DNA of 63,893 nucleotides, counting the filler, from Choristocarpus tenellus KU-1152 (lineage: Eukaryota; Protista; Phaeophyceae): assembly GCA_964200185.2 (NCBI GenBank). It is 11 parts of 11 records of this genome, joined end to end, with 100 filler letters (N's around TTAATTAATTAA, not from the genome) between each part and the next. Parts side by side here need not be neighbours in the genome. Positions count along the whole stretch, not along the records: positions 60,015 to 63,893 come from CAXNAD020017411.1; 10 more parts are not named here. One strand, given 5' to 3'. Each line of letters starts with the position of its first letter. The stretch's first letter is position 1. The notes below the pieces were generated by a model, which was given only the letters and a program-made list of their open reading frames with translations, searched no databases and was not told the origin of the DNA. A program made the position numbers and the translations under genes. Positions 62,035 to 63,893 of the stretch are shown piece by piece.

Positions 62035-62863
62035 TGGTAGTAGCAGTAGTAGTAGTAATATTATGATGAGATGCTAGGAGGTTTTTACCCTGCGATAGCC
62101 CCTATCACTCAAGCATATATGTAAGTCTCCTTTCCATGGTTCCCGTTTGAAACATTTAAACATGACCTCTGTTGATTACAGTCATGTTCCTATCAAAGGA
62201 GTCACCGCTTCTAGACTCTACTGTTGCACCTTTTCAAAAGTCCCCGCTATTTATGTTGTTTACCTTACGCACTATGACTCCCTGATACCGTGATGCTCAA
62301 CGATCTATAGCACTCTTTTGTGTCTGTGTCTGTGCGTTTTTTTCAGTTTTTTTTTGTGGGCTTGATCACCGTAGTTAACATCGCTGTTGGGTTTTTTTCA
62401 GTTTTTTTTTCTTTTTAAAAAATCTGTTCAGAACGATAACATTCGCATTCCCAAAAAAAGAGAGAGAGAGAGAGAGAGTGGAAGCAGACTAGGATTTTTT
62501 CTCAACATGGTTGGTGTTGGCCTTACGGTGGACAGAGGACTGCCCTATCTGTGCCTGAAGAGAGACCGATCTCCCCCTCCCCAGACTGTACCTTCCCCCC
62601 CCTCTGCCTGCGTGTATTGGGGCATGTACTTTGTGTGTGTATGTATATAGGGTTGGAAAGAAGTAAATGCAGGTGCATGTAGGTAACTATTTTTAGGTTT
62701 CACTAGGTGTGTGGAGGCGTTACTCTGAGTTCTTTTGTCTCGGTGCATTGTTTTGTGCTGTGATACTTCTTTTTTTTTAATGCAGGACCTTGTTCTGGAC
62801 GACATCACTCAGCTGTGGATTGACTTGCGAGGTGCTCGCCAATCACGATTGCAGCTCATTCAG
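60688..62863 (+). CDS. Two probable internal exons of an unidentified gene (60688-60757, 62786-62863)
   Basis: tgcag acceptors and GT donors; phase-compatible open frames EVREFSRSVAPEPVTTIGIASDE and DLVLDDITQLWIDLRGARQSRLQLIQ. Confidence 0.45.
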
Positions 62864-63766
62864 GTTGAGGGGGGGGGGGAATGTGTGTGTACTGAGTGAA
62901 CACACACTCTAAATGGACAGGCGTATGATTTCAATAGTCTGGTAGAGGGTTAGGGTTTTAGGGTTGGTGTTGTGATGATATGTGGTGTTGTGAAAATGGA
63001 TGCTATTGTGTGGATTATTTTTGAGAACACTTTCATTGTCTGTAGGGGGTCGTGGGTGTGGAAGAATATTCTGCGTGCTTTGAGGCATTCATTGTGGGAT
63101 TGTGATGAGGAGTTTTTGTATTGGAGAGGCGTTTGATCTCTTTTTTTTGTGTGTGTACTCTGACGGACATGACGGTTCCAATTGTTTTGTTTTCTTTGCA
63201 ACTGTCAGGATACATCAACCGATAACTAACCCTGAGTAGTATATCATAATCATTGTTGTTATTATTATTATTATTACTACTATTGGACATTATATCTTTC
63301 ACAGTATGTTCTTCCTCTGTTGAGGGTTAGTTCGAATGCTTTGTGGGGTAGATTATAAATGCTCAGGGCAGTATTTTTTGTGGAGGTTTTTCAAATATAT
63401 ATATATATATATATATATATTATGTATACTACTACGATGGAACCCTAACCCTAAGTCTTGGTTGAGGCCCCTTTGTCACTTAAAGAACTGATCCCCCTTG
63501 GAAGACGTTTTTTTCATACACACGCCGTATTTTTTTTCCCTTTTTTTGGAAGCAGAACCGCGCAGCAGTCTCCTTTAATCAATTTGATACTGAACTGAAC
63601 AGTGAAAGCATAAAATGTGTGAGTGAGTTACGTCATAATCTTTTATTTTATTTTATTTTGTTTTGTTTTGTTTTGTACTTGACATGGGGGATTTAGGTTT
63701 AAGGTCGAATGCGTTTCAGTACCACATCATTCGACAAGTGCCATTGTGTGCAACCAGTGCACCAGG

Positions 63767-63807
<41 letters not shown>

Positions 63808-63893
63808 TGTGTGTTTGTTCTCACCTCATTCAAAGTGGCCTCTTCTCACCCCCCTCCCCCCCCTTTTTTATTCCCCCCCATCCCCCTTCCCAT

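Noticed and set aside
57682-63454. Short TTAGGG/CCCTAA-like runs (about 57682, 61873, 62946, 63441) as a telomere
   Set aside because: Each has only a few degenerate units and is internal: interstitial microsatellites.

Overview
Eukaryotic, intron-rich, repeat-rich DNA. The gene families and intron style fit a brown alga or related stramenopile (inference). The window is 11 contigs joined by artificial 100-bp linkers (N44-TTAATTAATTAA-N44), so adjacency across a linker is not evidence of biology. Protein-coding content: menB (naphthoate synthase, C-terminal SKL) tail-to-tail on one contig with a menA/UBIAD1-type prenyltransferase; a complete 8-exon secreted Pmp-like (GGAI/FxxN) repeat protein; four myosin motor exons; a CRAL-TRIO terminal exon; and part of a CSPP1/CCDC66-like gene. 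RNA genes: U6 snRNA and tRNA-Ala(AGC). Mobile DNA is dominated by about 28 copies or ends of three related non-autonomous TIR element types sharing an AAAGTATCT core and making both 3-bp and 4-bp target duplications. There are also Ty3/Gypsy RNase H relics, a pogo-like end, and a decayed intron-poor block holding a USP-like pseudogene whose Cys-box start is tandemly amplified. All calls are by eye; no searches were run.
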